Part shown: in pieces, positions 10,006 to 22,863 of the stretch
Position numbering within the stretch: the stretch's first letter is position 1
How the letters are laid out: every line of letters begins with the position of its first letter
Origin: Abditibacterium sp.
GTDB lineage: Bacteria; Armatimonadota; Abditibacteriia; Abditibacteriales; Abditibacteriaceae
Direction: 5' to 3'
Length of the DNA stretch: 64,000 nt
Assembly (NCBI GenBank): GCA_965246885.1
Contig: OZ251992.1
Location: forward strand, 2,784,001 to 2,848,000
Program-made: the position numbers and the translations under genes
Notes under the pieces: model-generated
Seen by the model: the letters and a program-made list of their open reading frames with translations, nothing else
Databases searched by the model: none
What the model was told of the DNA's origin: nothing

Positions 10006-10113
10006 ATTCGCAGCCAGCGAGGTCGTCGGCCTTCGCCGACAGATGGCTGTTTCTGCATGCATCGCGTCGGCGAAGGCCGACGACCTCGCTGGCTGCGAAT
10101 TTATTCGCTTGCA
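9993..10113. repeat. REPIN-like element, family A
   Basis: Perfect 48-bp inverted arms 9993-10040 / 10066-10113; each arm has palindrome GCGAAT-AA-ATTCGC and inner hairpin GTCGGC-CTTC-GCCGAC. Confidence 0.92.
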
Positions 10114-10130
10114 GCAAAAGGAGTTGCAAC

Positions 10131-12095
10131 CTACCCCACATGCACCCCCGGACGCCGCGCAGGAATCGGCTCCGCTTCGCGCAAGACTTCCCTCGTAACG
10201 GGCGGCACATCTCCCCCGCCGAACAACAAGTAGCGAAACATGGCGGCGACGGGGTTCTCTTCGCTCCACGAGAAGTAAATTTGCGGCAAACGGCCCCCGT
10301 GCGTGTCGCGGATATGCAACAGGAGGGCGGCGAGGGCGTTGGGGATGGTGGTCGCTTCCACGCGGAGAATCTTGTGGCCAAAACGCTCCTCGCCCGTTAC
10401 CTTCACGACGCCGCCGAAGTCGCTCGCGTCGCGCACGGTCACTTCCACGAAGATGATGGCGTCACCGGGTAGGATGCGGTGGTCGTGCTGTTGCTGCGCC
10501 AGTTTCTCCTCGTATTCGGCGGCGTCGCGCGCGTCGGGTTCGTTGGCAATCAGGCGCACGATGCCTTCGGCGTGTTCTTGCGATTCGTCAATAAATTGCT
10601 GCGCGAGTGGGTCAATGTCAAAGCGCTCGACCCGCAGTTCCGTCGTGCGATAGATGCGCGACAGGATGGACACCGCAATGATGGACAGGATGAAGAACGA
10701 CGCGACGACCAGACCTTCGGGCCGCTCATGGATGTTCTGCACCGTCGTGTACAAGAACACGAGCGCTACGACCGCGAAAAACGCGGCCAAGGCGTTTTGC
10801 CCCTTGGAGCGCGCCGACAGCGCCGCCGCAACCGAAGCCGAAGTAATCAGCACCAGCACTCCCGTCGCGTATGCGGCGCCTTGCGCATCCACGCTCGCGT
10901 GGAAGTATAACGTGACCGCAAACGCCACAATCGTGAACACCAGCGCCAAAGGGCGCGACGCCTTGGCCCAATCGGGCGCCATGCCATAACGCGGTAGGTA
11001 GCGCGGCACCAGATTAAGCAGCGCCGCCATCGCCGACGCCCCGGCGAACCACAAAATGGTGATGGTGGAGATGTCATACAGCGTGCCGAAGCCCCGCCCA
11101 ACGTAGTGCTCCGCCAGATAAGCCAGCGCGCGCCCATTCGCTTCGCCCGCCGGAAGGTTCTTGACCGGGTCGGCGGCGGCAAATTCTTCGGGCTTGATAA
11201 GAAAAATGGTGGCGACGCTCGACGTAAGCAAGAAGACGCTCATCGTAAGTGCGGCGGCCATCAATAATTTCTTGGTATTTGCGACACGCAATGCGAGGTC
11301 TTCGCCCTTGGAACGCACGAGCGGCATCACGGCCACACCGGTTTCAAAACCGGACAAGCCCAGCGCCAGCGCGGGAAACACGAGAACCGACTGCTTAAAG
11401 CCGCCCAACCACGAGCCGCGCTCCAGCAGCAAACGCCCTTGCCAGTCCGCCACAAAATGCGGGTGGTGGAACAGATACACCAGCGCCGCCCCAATCGTCA
11501 CCACGTTCAGCGCCAGATAAAGCAGCACCAGCACCACCGCGATGCCGATGGCTTCCTTGAATCCTTTCAAGAACACCCCGCCCAATAAGCCGATCAGCAC
11601 GAGCGTAATCAAAATCTCGTGCCCTGCCACATAGGGCTTGGCGTAGTGGTTCTCGGCCATGTGCGCCGCCGCGTCCGCCGCGCTCAGTGTGATGGTGATG
11701 ATGAAATCGGTCGCCGCAAAGCCCAGTAATACCAGAACGAACAGCTTGCCTTTCCAGCCGGACAGCAAGCGCTCCAACATCGCCACCGACCCTTCGCCGT
11801 GCGGCGATTCGCGCGCCACCCGCGAATACACCGGCACGGCGCCAAACAGGGTAATGAGCACCAGAATGAAGGTCGCAATGGGCGCCACCGCCCCCGCCGC
11901 CAGTGCCGCGATGCCCGCTTGATACGCGAGAGACGAGAAATAGTCCACGCCCGTCAAGCACATCACCTGCGGCCAAGGATGCGTTTTGTGCTCGCCCTTG
12001 GGCGCGACATAGGCGCCCTCAAAATCGCCCGCCGTTTTGGGCGATTTGGCGTGCGCAGAGGAATCGGTTTCCAATAACCAACTTTTTAAAGACAT
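10131..12095 (-). CDS. APC-superfamily transporter (amino acid transporter / KimA-like)
   Basis: [32 protein letters not shown]; many TM helices plus cytosolic C-terminal domain. Confidence 0.8.
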   Translation of the reverse strand: MSLKSWLLETDSSAHAKSPKTAGDFEGAYVAPKGEHKTHPWPQVMCLTGVDYFSSLAYQAGIAALAAGAVAPIATFILVLITLFGAVPVYSRVARESPHGEGSVAMLERLLSGWKGKLFVLVLLGFAATDFIITITLSAADAAAHMAENHYAKPYVAGHEILITLVLIGLLGGVFLKGFKEAIGIAVVLVLLYLALNVVTIGAALVYLFHHPHFVADWQGRLLLERGSWLGGFKQSVLVFPALALGLSGFETGVAVMPLVRSKGEDLALRVANTKKLLMAAALTMSVFLLTSSVATIFLIKPEEFAAADPVKNLPAGEANGRALAYLAEHYVGRGFGTLYDISTITILWFAGASAMAALLNLVPRYLPRYGMAPDWAKASRPLALVFTIVAFAVTLYFHASVDAQGAAYATGVLVLITSASVAAALSARSKGQNALAAFFAVVALVFLYTTVQNIHERPEGLVVASFFILSIIAVSILSRIYRTTELRVERFDIDPLAQQFIDESQEHAEGIVRLIANEPDARDAAEYEEKLAQQQHDHRILPGDAIIFVEVTVRDASDFGGVVKVTGEERFGHKILRVEATTIPNALAALLLHIRDTHGGRLPQIYFSWSEENPVAAMFRYLLFGGGDVPPVTREVLREAEPIPARRPGVHVG

Positions 12096-12137
12096 GAGGC
12101 GCCGCCCAGTGTGGACAAATATCGCGCCACCGCCGGG

Positions 12138-12249
12138 GCCAGACGTCCCGCACGCGCCGACAGACGTCTGGCAGTCAGTGACAGACGTCCGGGAATCGCC
12201 GACAGACGTTTGGGAATCAATGACAGACGTCCGGGAATGAGTGACAGAA
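12138..12249. repeat. 21-nt period tandem array
   Basis: Five units near GACAGACGTCCGGGAATCAGT starting at 12138, 12159, 12180, 12201, 12222, plus partial. Confidence 0.9.
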
Positions 12250-12289
12250 GGCGGCGGCGGCGCGGGGGAAGGAGTAAACCTTTCGGCAG

Positions 12290-13555
12290 ATGCTTGAATT
12301 CTACCGCGCGCGGGGACGCGAGTGGGGCCGCACGCTCGCCATCGTCCTGCCCATTGCGTTGGTGACGGGCGCGGCGTGCGCGCTGTTTTTGCGCTTGCTC
12401 GATGGCGTGACCCGCGCGCGCTTTGTGCATCCGGCGCTGTTGTGGGCGCTCCCCCTCGCGGGCGTGGGCGTCGCGTATCTGTACGAGCGGCACGGCAAGA
12501 ACGCGGCCGAAGGGAACAACCTGATACTCAGCGCTATCCATAGCGCGCGAAGTGAGGCGCCTGATGACGACTCCTCGCTGGTGCCGCGCCGCATGGCGCC
12601 GCTCATTCTGCTGGCGACGCTGGTCACGCACCTTTTTGGCGGCAGCGCGGGGCGCGAAGGAACGGCGGTGCAAATGGGTGGGGCGCTCGCGGCAAGTTGG
12701 GCCAGAGTGCTCCGTTTGGACGCGCGAAGCAAGCGGCTCGCGCTGCTATGCGGATTGGCGGCGGGGTTCGCGGGGGTGTTCGGGACGCCGCTTGCGGGAG
12801 CCGTCTTCGCGCTGGAAGTGCTGTGGCGCGGGCGCTTGGAAACCGAGGACGCGCCGATGTGTTTGCTCGCGGCGCTGGGAGCGGACTGGTTTTCGCGCGC
12901 GTTGGGGACGCACCACGAGACGTATGTGCTGACGTGGGTGCCATCGGCGGGCGTGGGCGAGATTACGTTGGCCGTGAAAGTGGCGCTCGCGGCCATCGCG
13001 TTCGGCTGGGCGGCGCGCGGCTTTATCGAGCTAACCGAGCGGCTCGCGCACCTGTTCAAAACCCGCCTCAAAAACCCACTCGCGCGCCCATTCGTCGGCG
13101 GCATCGGGATAATTTTGCTGACGGGAGCCATAGGCACGCGCGATTATTTGGGGCTGTCCGTCAGTTCGCCCGACCCGCGCGCGGTGACGCTCGCATCGGC
13201 GTTTGGGGGCGGGGGCGTGCCGCCGTTCGCGTGGCTGGGAAAATTAGTTTTCACGGCGTTAACGCTTGGAAGCGGCTTCAAAGGCGGTGAGGTGACGCCG
13301 CTCTTTTTCGTTGGCGCGACGTTGGGCCATGCGCTCGCAGGGCCGTTAGGTGTCCCGGTTGCGCTTCTCGCGGCCATCGGTTTTGTGGCGGTCTTCGCGG
13401 GCGCCTCGAAAACGCCGCTCGCTTCGACGCTCCTTGGCATCGAGCTATTTGGTGCGCATGGAGCGGCCTTGTTCGCAGTTGCCTGTTTCGTGGCAACGCG
13501 GGCCGGTGGGTCGCGGGGGTTGTATGGGGCGCAGGTAATTGCAGCGAGCGAATGA
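12290..13555 (+). CDS. CLC-F type fluoride/H+ antiporter (EriC family)
   Basis: CLC-F signature motifs GNNLI, GREGT, GEVTP. Confidence 0.88.
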   Translation: MLEFYRARGREWGRTLAIVLPIALVTGAACALFLRLLDGVTRARFVHPALLWALPLAGVGVAYLYERHGKNAAEGNNLILSAIHSARSEAPDDDSSLVPRRMAPLILLATLVTHLFGGSAGREGTAVQMGGALAASWARVLRLDARSKRLALLCGLAAGFAGVFGTPLAGAVFALEVLWRGRLETEDAPMCLLAALGADWFSRALGTHHETYVLTWVPSAGVGEITLAVKVALAAIAFGWAARGFIELTERLAHLFKTRLKNPLARPFVGGIGIILLTGAIGTRDYLGLSVSSPDPRAVTLASAFGGGGVPPFAWLGKLVFTALTLGSGFKGGEVTPLFFVGATLGHALAGPLGVPVALLAAIGFVAVFAGASKTPLASTLLGIELFGAHGAALFAVACFVATRAGGSRGLYGAQVIAASE

Positions 13556-13644
13556 ATTCGCAGCCAGCAAGAGCGTCAACCTTCGTTGACGGGATTTGTC
13601 GGCGAAGGTCGACAATCTCGCTGGCTGCGAATTCATTCGCTCGC
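13544..13644. repeat. REPIN-like element, family A (diverged copy)
   Basis: GCGAGCGAATGAATTCGCAGCCAGC ... GCTGGCTGCGAATTCATTCGCTCGC; inner hairpins GTCAAC-CTTC-GTTGAC and GTCGGC-GAAG-GTCGAC. Confidence 0.9.
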
Positions 13645-13695
13645 CCATACCACTCGTAAAGCTGGCCCCGGAGTTGCGCCACTGCCCGACGAAAT

Positions 13696-16292
<2,597 letters not shown>

Positions 16293-16294
<2 letters not shown>

Positions 16295-16374
16295 GTGCGG
16301 AATGTGGAGTGCGGAGTGCGGAATAGCTGAGGTTGTTCCTTCATTTCGCACTCCGCACTCGACGCTCCGCACTC
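16293..16374. repeat. Inverted heptamer array (GAGTGCG)n...(CGCACTC)n
   Basis: Four 7-nt units then four complementary units filling the atpD-atpC spacer. Confidence 0.85.
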
Positions 16375-16378
16375 GAAA

Positions 16379-16789
16379 ATGGCTACCTACTCTTTATCCA
16401 TCGTCACGCCCGAACGGGAGATATTCGCGGCGCCCGTCGAATCGGCGCAGATGCCCGGCATGGAAGGCTCCTTTGGCGTCTTGTCCAACCATGCGCCGCT
16501 CGTCGCCGCGCTTTCGCCCGGTTTAGTGCGCATCGGCGACGCCGATGGCCGCGAACTGCGCCTTTTCATCGGAGGCGGCTTCTTCCAAGTCTCGAATAAC
16601 CAAGCGCAACTTCTCGCGGACAGCGCCGAGTTCGCGTCGGAAATCAACGTCGAGCGCGCCAACGCGTCACTCGACCGCGCCCAGTCGCGCTTGGCGGGCC
16701 GCATGGACGGCGAAATCCTCCAACGCGAACGCGCCGAAGCCGCCCTCAGCCGCGCCCGCGCAAGGGTGCGCGTCGCGTCAGGAAGTTAA
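16379..16789 (+). CDS. atpC: F0F1 ATP synthase epsilon subunit
   Basis: LSIVTPERE, GSFGVLSNHAPLV, GGFFQV, C-terminal helical hairpin; follows atpD. Confidence 0.95.
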   Translation: MATYSLSIVTPEREIFAAPVESAQMPGMEGSFGVLSNHAPLVAALSPGLVRIGDADGRELRLFIGGGFFQVSNNQAQLLADSAEFASEINVERANASLDRAQSRLAGRMDGEILQRERAEAALSRARARVRVASGS

Positions 16790-16826
16790 ACCAAAACTGC
16801 CCCGCCATCAGGGGCAGTTTTGGTTT
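16788..16826 (+). terminator. Hairpin / terminator after atpC
   Basis: AAACCAAAACTGCCCC-N7-GGGGCAGTTTTGGTTT. Confidence 0.7.
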
Positions 16827-16860
16827 GTCGGGCACCCGATTCGCAAACGGGCGGAGTGCC

Positions 16861-17352
16861 ATGAGCCAATCATCCAGCAGTTCCAGTTCCTCATCGAGCG
16901 AGACCGCTCACCGCGACTTCGAGTCGTCGCTCCAAGTCAACGCCAGTCCCGAACAGGTCTTCGATTTCATCGCGGACATTAACAACTTGCCCAAATATCT
17001 GCCCACCACCAAAGCCGCGCAGTCGCAGGGGCCGGAGCGCGTGCGTGTCCAAGGCGAAGCGAACGGCCACCCATACGACGGCGACGGCTACTTGCGCCCC
17101 AACCGCGATGCCCTGCGCCTCGAATGGGGCGCCGATGAGGATTATTATTCCGGTTGGATGCAGGTCGAAAAAGCGGGCGACGGCGCCAAAGTCACCGTCC
17201 ACATCGGCTTCAAAGGCTCGCCTCCAGGACGCAGTGACGAGGACGCCCCGCCGCCTTCGCAAGTGCAAGAAGGCTTGGACAAAGCCCTCCAATCCATTCA
17301 GAACTATGTTGAGGGAAAAGGCGGCAAAGAAGAACCCAGCGCCGCGACTTGA
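16861..17352 (+). CDS. SRPBCC (polyketide cyclase-like) family protein
   Basis: SLQVNASPEQVFDFIADINNLPKYLP. Confidence 0.8.
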   Translation: MSQSSSSSSSSSSETAHRDFESSLQVNASPEQVFDFIADINNLPKYLPTTKAAQSQGPERVRVQGEANGHPYDGDGYLRPNRDALRLEWGADEDYYSGWMQVEKAGDGAKVTVHIGFKGSPPGRSDEDAPPPSQVQEGLDKALQSIQNYVEGKGGKEEPSAAT

Positions 17353-17361
17353 ACGTGGGGC

Positions 17362-17395
17362 GCCCGCCGCAACTCCCGTTGCGGCGGGCTTTTTT
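17362..17395 (+). terminator. Rho-independent terminator
   Basis: GCCCGCCGCAAC-TCCC-GTTGCGGCGGGC-TTTTTT. Confidence 0.85.
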
Positions 17396-17544
17396 ATACG
17401 CGCGACACTACAGATGCCTGATTTGAGGCATACACCGACAGGGACAAGGAGCGTAAAGCGTTATACTGCGGCGGTTTTCGAGGCAACACGCGGGCCGTCA
17501 GGCTCGCTTCCCGCCCCACATCGCAGCTCGCATCGAGGCCCACA

Positions 17545-18861
17545 ATGAACCAAGACTCTATGTCCCTTTCCAAGAGCGAAAAAACGCGCGCCTGCTTTCT
17601 CATCGAAGGCGGCTACCGCTTGCAAGGCGAAATCAACGTGTCCGGCTCGAAGAACTCGTCCCTTCCGATTCTCACCGCCGCCCTGCTCGCTTCCTCTGGC
17701 CAGTGCGTGTTGCACAACGTGCCGCGCATCTCTGACACCGATTTGATGTGCCAGATGCTCGAATCACTTGGCGCCCGCGTTCACCGCGAAGGAAACGCCG
17801 TTGTGGTGGATGCTTCCCATCTTTCGACGCACGTCGCGCCCGATGGCTTGGTGCGCGCCATGCGCGCTTCGTTTTATGTCGCCGCCCCGCTTTTGGCCCG
17901 CTTGCACAAGGCCGAAGTGCCACTTCCCGGCGGGTGCGTGTTGGGGCCGCGCCCGGTCAACTACCACATAGACGCGTTCACCGCGATGGGCGCGGAGATT
18001 CAAATCGAACACGGCGCCATGATCGCCAACGCTCCGGAATGGAACGGCGCCCGCATCTACTTGGAGCCGAAAAACTCCAGCGTGGGCGCCACCGTCAACA
18101 TCATGATGGCCGCGTGCTTGGCGAAGGGCACAACGACCATCGAGAATGCAGCCCGCGAGCCGGAAGTGTTGAACTTGGCCGAGTTCCTCAACAAAATGGG
18201 CGGCAAAGTCTGCGGCGCGGGCACCTCCACGATCCATATCGAGGGCGTCGAAGCCTTGCACGGCGCCGAGCACGCCGTTTATAACGACCGCATCGAAGCC
18301 GGAACTTTCTTGGCGGCGGCGGGCCTGACGGGAGGCGACGTGACCGTGCGCGGACTCAACGCTTCACACCTGCCGATTTTCCTTGACAAGCTCTCCGAGG
18401 CGGGCGTGTTCATCCAATCGGGCGACAACTGGATTCGCGCTTCGCGCAACTCGCACTCCCTGCGCGCCGTTGACGTTTCGACCGCCGCTTTCCCCGGCTT
18501 CGCCACCGACTTGCAGCCGCCTTTCGTCGCCATGATGTTGCGTGCCGATGGCCGCGCCGCCATTCACGAGAACCTGTATGACGGGCGCTTCAACTATATC
18601 CCCGAATTGCAACGCATGGGCGCCGATATAGACCTCGACGGCACGACGGCCCTCATCCAAGGCGTGCCGCGCTTATCCGGCGCCGAAGTGATGTCGACCG
18701 ACCTGCGCGCCGGTGCCGCCCTCGTGCTTGCGGGCCTCGTTGCCGAAGGCGAAACGCGCGTCTCGAAGATTCACTACATAGACCGGGGCTACGAAGACTT
18801 TGCCGGGAAACTCAACGCGCTCGGCGCGCATATTTCACGCGAAGCCGTGAGCGTGAGCTAA
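17545..18861 (+). CDS. murA: UDP-N-acetylglucosamine 1-carboxyvinyltransferase
   Basis: [44 protein letters not shown]. Confidence 0.97.
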   Translation: MNQDSMSLSKSEKTRACFLIEGGYRLQGEINVSGSKNSSLPILTAALLASSGQCVLHNVPRISDTDLMCQMLESLGARVHREGNAVVVDASHLSTHVAPDGLVRAMRASFYVAAPLLARLHKAEVPLPGGCVLGPRPVNYHIDAFTAMGAEIQIEHGAMIANAPEWNGARIYLEPKNSSVGATVNIMMAACLAKGTTTIENAAREPEVLNLAEFLNKMGGKVCGAGTSTIHIEGVEALHGAEHAVYNDRIEAGTFLAAAGLTGGDVTVRGLNASHLPIFLDKLSEAGVFIQSGDNWIRASRNSHSLRAVDVSTAAFPGFATDLQPPFVAMMLRADGRAAIHENLYDGRFNYIPELQRMGADIDLDGTTALIQGVPRLSGAEVMSTDLRAGAALVLAGLVAEGETRVSKIHYIDRGYEDFAGKLNALGAHISREAVSVS

Positions 18862-18873
18862 AGCGCGCGAGCC

Positions 18874-19890
18874 ATGCTTTCCCGCGACCTTGGCGTTGAC
18901 ATCGGCACGTCCAACCTGCGCGTGTTTCAGCGCGGGCGCGGCATCGTCGTGCGCGAGCCGTCCGTCTTGGCTTATGCCAATGGCACCGCCGCGCCACGCG
19001 CTTATGGGGGTGAAGCCGCCAAACTCCTTGGCCGCGCGCCGGACACGCTCGACATCGTGCATCCTATGCGCGGCGGAGCCATTGCCTCATACGTGGGCGC
19101 CCAAGCGTTGCTTTCGCACTTCCTGAGCGAGTTTGGCGGCGGACGTTCTTTTCTCAAACCGCGCGTGGTAGTGGGCGTGCCGTCGGGTATCACGCCCGTC
19201 GAGCGCCAAGCGGTTCTCGATGCTTGCCGTTTGGCGGGCGCGCGCGACGCGGTTTCGGTCGAGTCGCCAATGGCGGCGGCGCTCGGCTTGGGCCTTCCCA
19301 TCGCTGACCCGCAGGGGCACCTCATCGTGGACATTGGCGGCGGCACGACCGATGTCGCCGTCATCTCGCTGGGCGGCATTGTGGTTTCCCAATCGGTGCG
19401 CGTGGGGGGCAACGATTTTGACGAAGCCATCCACCGCTCCATCAAGCGCAATCACGCCATCGTCATCGGCGAGCGCACGGCGGAGGAAGTCAAAATGGCC
19501 ATCGGCGGCGCGTGGGAGTTGCCCGAAGAACTTGAATTTGAAGTGCGCGGGCGCGCCATGAGCGACGGGATGCCCAAGATCGTGCGCGTGTCGAGCATCG
19601 AAACGCGCATCGCCATCTACGACCTCGTCGGGCAAATCGTCACGTGCATCCGCTCGGTCTTGGAAGAAACCCCGCCGGAGTTGGTCAACGACATTGCGAT
19701 GGGCGGCCTCTGGCTGTCGGGCGGGAGCGCTCTGCTGCGCGGCTTGCCCGAACGCCTCCACTTCGAGACCGGCTTGGACGTGCACCATTCCGACGCGCCC
19801 GATACCAACGTCATCAACGGCTTGGGCATGGTGCTCGAACACATCGGCGCCCTGAGCGAAACGCACCTGCCGCTCGTCAAAGCAAGCTAA
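18874..19890 (+). CDS. mreB: Rod shape-determining protein MreB/Mbl family
   Basis: DLGVDIGTSN, EPSV, VDIGGGTTDVAVISLGG, SGGSALLRGL. Confidence 0.9.
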   Translation: MLSRDLGVDIGTSNLRVFQRGRGIVVREPSVLAYANGTAAPRAYGGEAAKLLGRAPDTLDIVHPMRGGAIASYVGAQALLSHFLSEFGGGRSFLKPRVVVGVPSGITPVERQAVLDACRLAGARDAVSVESPMAAALGLGLPIADPQGHLIVDIGGGTTDVAVISLGGIVVSQSVRVGGNDFDEAIHRSIKRNHAIVIGERTAEEVKMAIGGAWELPEELEFEVRGRAMSDGMPKIVRVSSIETRIAIYDLVGQIVTCIRSVLEETPPELVNDIAMGGLWLSGGSALLRGLPERLHFETGLDVHHSDAPDTNVINGLGMVLEHIGALSETHLPLVKAS

Positions 19891-19909
19891 ACGGCGACGC
19901 CTCGCCCCT

Positions 19910-20035
19910 GAGAGACGGAAGCCGAATAGTGAGGGACGACGGCGAAACAGTGGGAAACAACAGTTGTACAAGGGGGGACAGCCGCCGTTCCCTACTCCGC
20001 AACCGCCGTCCCCCACGCCATGACTGCCGTCCCCT
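19910..20035. repeat. Degenerate 21-nt period array with self-complementary halves
   Basis: Units at 19910, 19931, 19952, 19973, 19994, 20015; first half GGGACGACGG-like, second half CCGCCGTCCC-like. Confidence 0.65.
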
Positions 20036-20054
20036 ACCTTGAGAGGTTCGGCCT

Positions 20055-22067
20055 TTAGTAGGCGAGTTCAATCATCTGGTGAATGTAAACGCGCGGGACG
20101 GTGAAGGTAGTGGCGCCGTTGTTGGTTTGGAAATCGAGGTCGCGGCCTTCGGGGACGAGGCGAACGCCCGTGACGGGGCGGTCGAGGCGCACGGATACGG
20201 CGACATCGTGGAGCGGGACGGGGTCTTCGATGACTTCGACCATCAGTTCCGGGCCGCCCCACCCGGTGTGGTCGGCGCCGCGCTTTTGGGGTGTGGCATA
20301 GAGCAGGTGCAAGACGGCGCGGTTTTCGTCGGCTTGTTCGTTGAGATAAACGCGCGCCGTCGAGGGCAATTGCGCTTCGACGCGCGGATGGGGGAGGAGC
20401 GAAGCGAGGGCGTCGCGCACCAAATCGCGCAGAAGCGGCTGGCCAATGTTGCGGTAGGACGTGAAGATGGGATGCGCCAGATACGCGATGCGCCCGTTGG
20501 AAACGGCGCCGGGGAAGTCGCTGTCCCGCGCGTCGGGCGTGTGCTGGTGCGAGCAGAAGTGCGCCCATGTCCGGTTGAAATAGGGGTCGCGGCGCGTGGC
20601 GAGCGTGTGCCAGTCCTCGCCGACGGTTCGCACGTTGTGCGCGCCGCCGTGCGCGACGAGCGGGCCGCGCACTTTGACCGTCGGAGCATGCTCCGACGGA
20701 ACGAGGTAATCGGGGTTCCACTCGCTCGGCGCGACGTATTCCAAGCCGATGAAGGGCGCGAATTTCGCGGCGCCCTCTTCCAAGCCGCTTTGCCCGCTCA
20801 GGAGCAACTTGCCGCCGCCTTGGACGTAGGCTTCCAACTGGCGGGCGAGCGCGTCGTCAAGGGTGAACACGTCCGGCAAGACGAGGACTTTGTAGCGGCT
20901 CAGGTCGGCCCGCGCGTCCACGACCTCGAAGGCGGCGTGCATTTCCAACAACATTCGGGAGGCGCCCTCGTCTGGCTTGGAGTCGCGCGCGGCTTGGCCT
21001 CGTCCCGTAAGAAGCGCTTCTGCCGACAAGAGGGCGATGTCGGCGATGGGAGTGGCGGCAACGCACCACGCTTGTTTGGCCTCGACTTCGGCATAAGCGG
21101 CGCCGATTGAGTCGTAGGTGTCGGGGTTCATGGCGCCGCGCGGGTGGAGTTGGTCGCCGATGGAGCATTTGGCGCCCAAGGCGATCATGGCGGCGCACTC
21201 GTATTGCAACGCTTCGGGCCGTTTGAAGCCGCCGAACTCGCCCCACGTCGTGTGGAATTTGCCGGTCATGCCCAGAAAATCGAAGCCCGTCGTGCCCACA
21301 TACAGGGCCGACAAGGGGAAGTGGTCGTAGCCCCAACCGCCCGTCGGGAGCGATTCTAATTCGAGGTGCGAATTCCAATTCATCGCCTCATAATCGCCCT
21401 TGTAGATGTGCCCGGCGTTATGAAAGACGCGGCGCTCGGCGTTGCCGTCCTTGCAAGCGGCGGTGGTGCGCTCGAAGTAGCGCGTCAAAACCCGCTCGTT
21501 CCACGCCTTGACCTGCGCGTCGTCGAGCGGGTCAACGCCCACGTCGCGCATCCCTTTCATGCCAAGCGGCGAGAAGTTGTCGCGCGGGCCGATGATGTCG
21601 AGAAAGATGCCGTCAGAGGCGTCGAGGGTGCGCACGACTTCGAGGATTTGCTCGCACAGGTAGTCGAGATAATCCGTGTCGAAGCCGATGCCGCGCCAGC
21701 CCGCTTGGAGCGGATCGTGAATCTTCCCTTCGCGGGACATGGCGATCCATTCGGGTCGCGTTTGCGCGATGTATTCGTCCAAGCCCGCCGAAATGTAGAT
21801 GGGACACTTGACGTCAATGGCGCGGCACGCTTCGATTTGGCGCGGGAGCAGTTCAAAATCGAGGTGCGGATGGCGCTTGCCAACCTTTGTGGAGTGGTAA
21901 CTCATCCCGTGATGGCACTTGGAAAAGAGGGTCACGGAGTCCACGTGCCCGCGCTTAAGCGCTTCTTGGAATTGGCGGGCATCGAAGTCGGCGCCGACAC
22001 CTTCAATGTGTTCGGACGTGTGGAAGTCAAGGTGGACTTGGCGAAAGCGGAGAAAGTTGGGACGCAT
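20055..22067 (-). CDS. Glycoside hydrolase, GH151 alpha-L-fucosidase-like, with beta-galactosidase trimerisation-like domain
   Basis: RQVHLDFHTSE, FSKCHHG, ELESLPTGGWGY, GMTGKFHTTWGEFGG, IGDQLHPRG. Confidence 0.78.
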   Translation of the reverse strand: MRPNFLRFRQVHLDFHTSEHIEGVGADFDARQFQEALKRGHVDSVTLFSKCHHGMSYHSTKVGKRHPHLDFELLPRQIEACRAIDVKCPIYISAGLDEYIAQTRPEWIAMSREGKIHDPLQAGWRGIGFDTDYLDYLCEQILEVVRTLDASDGIFLDIIGPRDNFSPLGMKGMRDVGVDPLDDAQVKAWNERVLTRYFERTTAACKDGNAERRVFHNAGHIYKGDYEAMNWNSHLELESLPTGGWGYDHFPLSALYVGTTGFDFLGMTGKFHTTWGEFGGFKRPEALQYECAAMIALGAKCSIGDQLHPRGAMNPDTYDSIGAAYAEVEAKQAWCVAATPIADIALLSAEALLTGRGQAARDSKPDEGASRMLLEMHAAFEVVDARADLSRYKVLVLPDVFTLDDALARQLEAYVQGGGKLLLSGQSGLEEGAAKFAPFIGLEYVAPSEWNPDYLVPSEHAPTVKVRGPLVAHGGAHNVRTVGEDWHTLATRRDPYFNRTWAHFCSHQHTPDARDSDFPGAVSNGRIAYLAHPIFTSYRNIGQPLLRDLVRDALASLLPHPRVEAQLPSTARVYLNEQADENRAVLHLLYATPQKRGADHTGWGGPELMVEVIEDPVPLHDVAVSVRLDRPVTGVRLVPEGRDLDFQTNNGATTFTVPRVYIHQMIELAY

Positions 22068-22097
22068 AGCGGGCCACCCTGTTTAACATGTCTGGGC

Positions 22098-22574
22098 CTA
22101 CTCGCGGCGCGCGGCGAAGAACTCGCGGAGCAGGGCTTGACTCTCCTCTTCCAACACGCCGCCGCGCAGTTGGGGACGATGGTTGAGGCGGGCGTCGCGC
22201 GCGATGTCGAAGACACTCCCGCACGCCCCCGCTTTGGCGTCAAAAGCCCCGAAGACAATGCGCTCGACGCGGCACAGCCACAGCGCGCCCGCGCACATCG
22301 CGCACGGTTCGAGGGTGACGTACAGCGTTGCCAAGGAAAGTTCGGTGGGCGAGCCGGAGGCGTTACGAAGCGCGTCGCGCGCGGCGACCATTTCGGCATG
22401 GAGCGTCGGGTCGCGCCGGAGCACCACTTCGTTGCGCCCGCGCCCGATGAGTTGCCCTTGCGCCACGACAACGGCGCCAACGGGCACATCGTCGCCCGCC
22501 CCGTCCCCGCCGCGCAAACACCTGCGCGCTTCGTTCAGGGCTTCGCGCATCCACTGTTCGTCGTCGCGCTGCAT
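22098..22574 (-). CDS. tadA: tRNA adenosine(34) deaminase
   Basis: DVPVGAVVV, DPTLHAE, TLEPCAMCAGA, DAKAGACGS, FFAARR. Confidence 0.93.
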   Translation of the reverse strand: MQRDDEQWMREALNEARRCLRGGDGAGDDVPVGAVVVAQGQLIGRGRNEVVLRRDPTLHAEMVAARDALRNASGSPTELSLATLYVTLEPCAMCAGALWLCRVERIVFGAFDAKAGACGSVFDIARDARLNHRPQLRGGVLEEESQALLREFFAARRE

Positions 22575-22578
22575 AAAC

Positions 22579-22608
22579 AAAAAGCGAAAACCAGCGCGGT
22601 TTTCGCTT
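22579..22608 (-). terminator. Terminator after tRNA pair
   Basis: Minus strand AAGCGAAAACC-GCGCT-GGTTTTCGCTT-TTT. Confidence 0.65.
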
Positions 22609-22613
22609 GGACG

Positions 22614-22685
22614 TGCCCTCACAGGGAATCGAACCCCGATCTTACCCTTAGGAGAGGTCTGCTCTATCCATTGAGCTACAAGGGC
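22614..22685 (-). tRNA. tRNA-Arg(CCT)
   Basis: GCCCTTGTAGCTCAATGGATAGAGCAGACCTCT-CCT-AAGGGTAAGATCGGGGTTCGATTCCCTGTGAGGGCA. Confidence 0.9.
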
Positions 22686-22690
22686 AGACC

Positions 22691-22767
22691 AGAAAGGGAG
22701 AAGAGGAGCCAAGGAGAAGAGGAAAGGTTGCCCGCTCCTCTTTTCCCCGCTCCTTCGCTCCTCTTCT
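22691..22767. repeat. Purine/pyrimidine inverted ~8-nt array in tRNA spacer
   Basis: GGAGAAGA-type units followed by complementary CTCCTCTT-type units. Confidence 0.6.
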
Positions 22768-22775
22768 GGAGTTGC

Positions 22776-22848
22776 TGCGCTTGGCTGGAATCGAACCAGC
22801 GACCTTTTGCTTCGGAGGCAAACGCTCTATCCCCTGAGCTACAAACGC
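22776..22848 (-). tRNA. tRNA-Arg(CCG)
   Basis: GCGTTTGTAGCTCAGGGGATAGAGCGTTTGCCT-CCG-AAGCAAAAGGTCGCTGGTTCGATTCCAGCCAAGCGCA. Confidence 0.94.
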
Positions 22849-22863
22849 GATACCCTTTCTATT

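Noticed and set aside
12138..12249. CRISPR array (also 39670 and 52178 arrays)
   Set aside because: Units are contiguous 21-mers without unique spacers, and no cas genes are present.
12553..12575. Fluoride riboswitch-like CTGATGAC..CTCCT
   Set aside because: Lies inside the CLC coding region and lacks the 5' GGCGATGG..CGCC stem.
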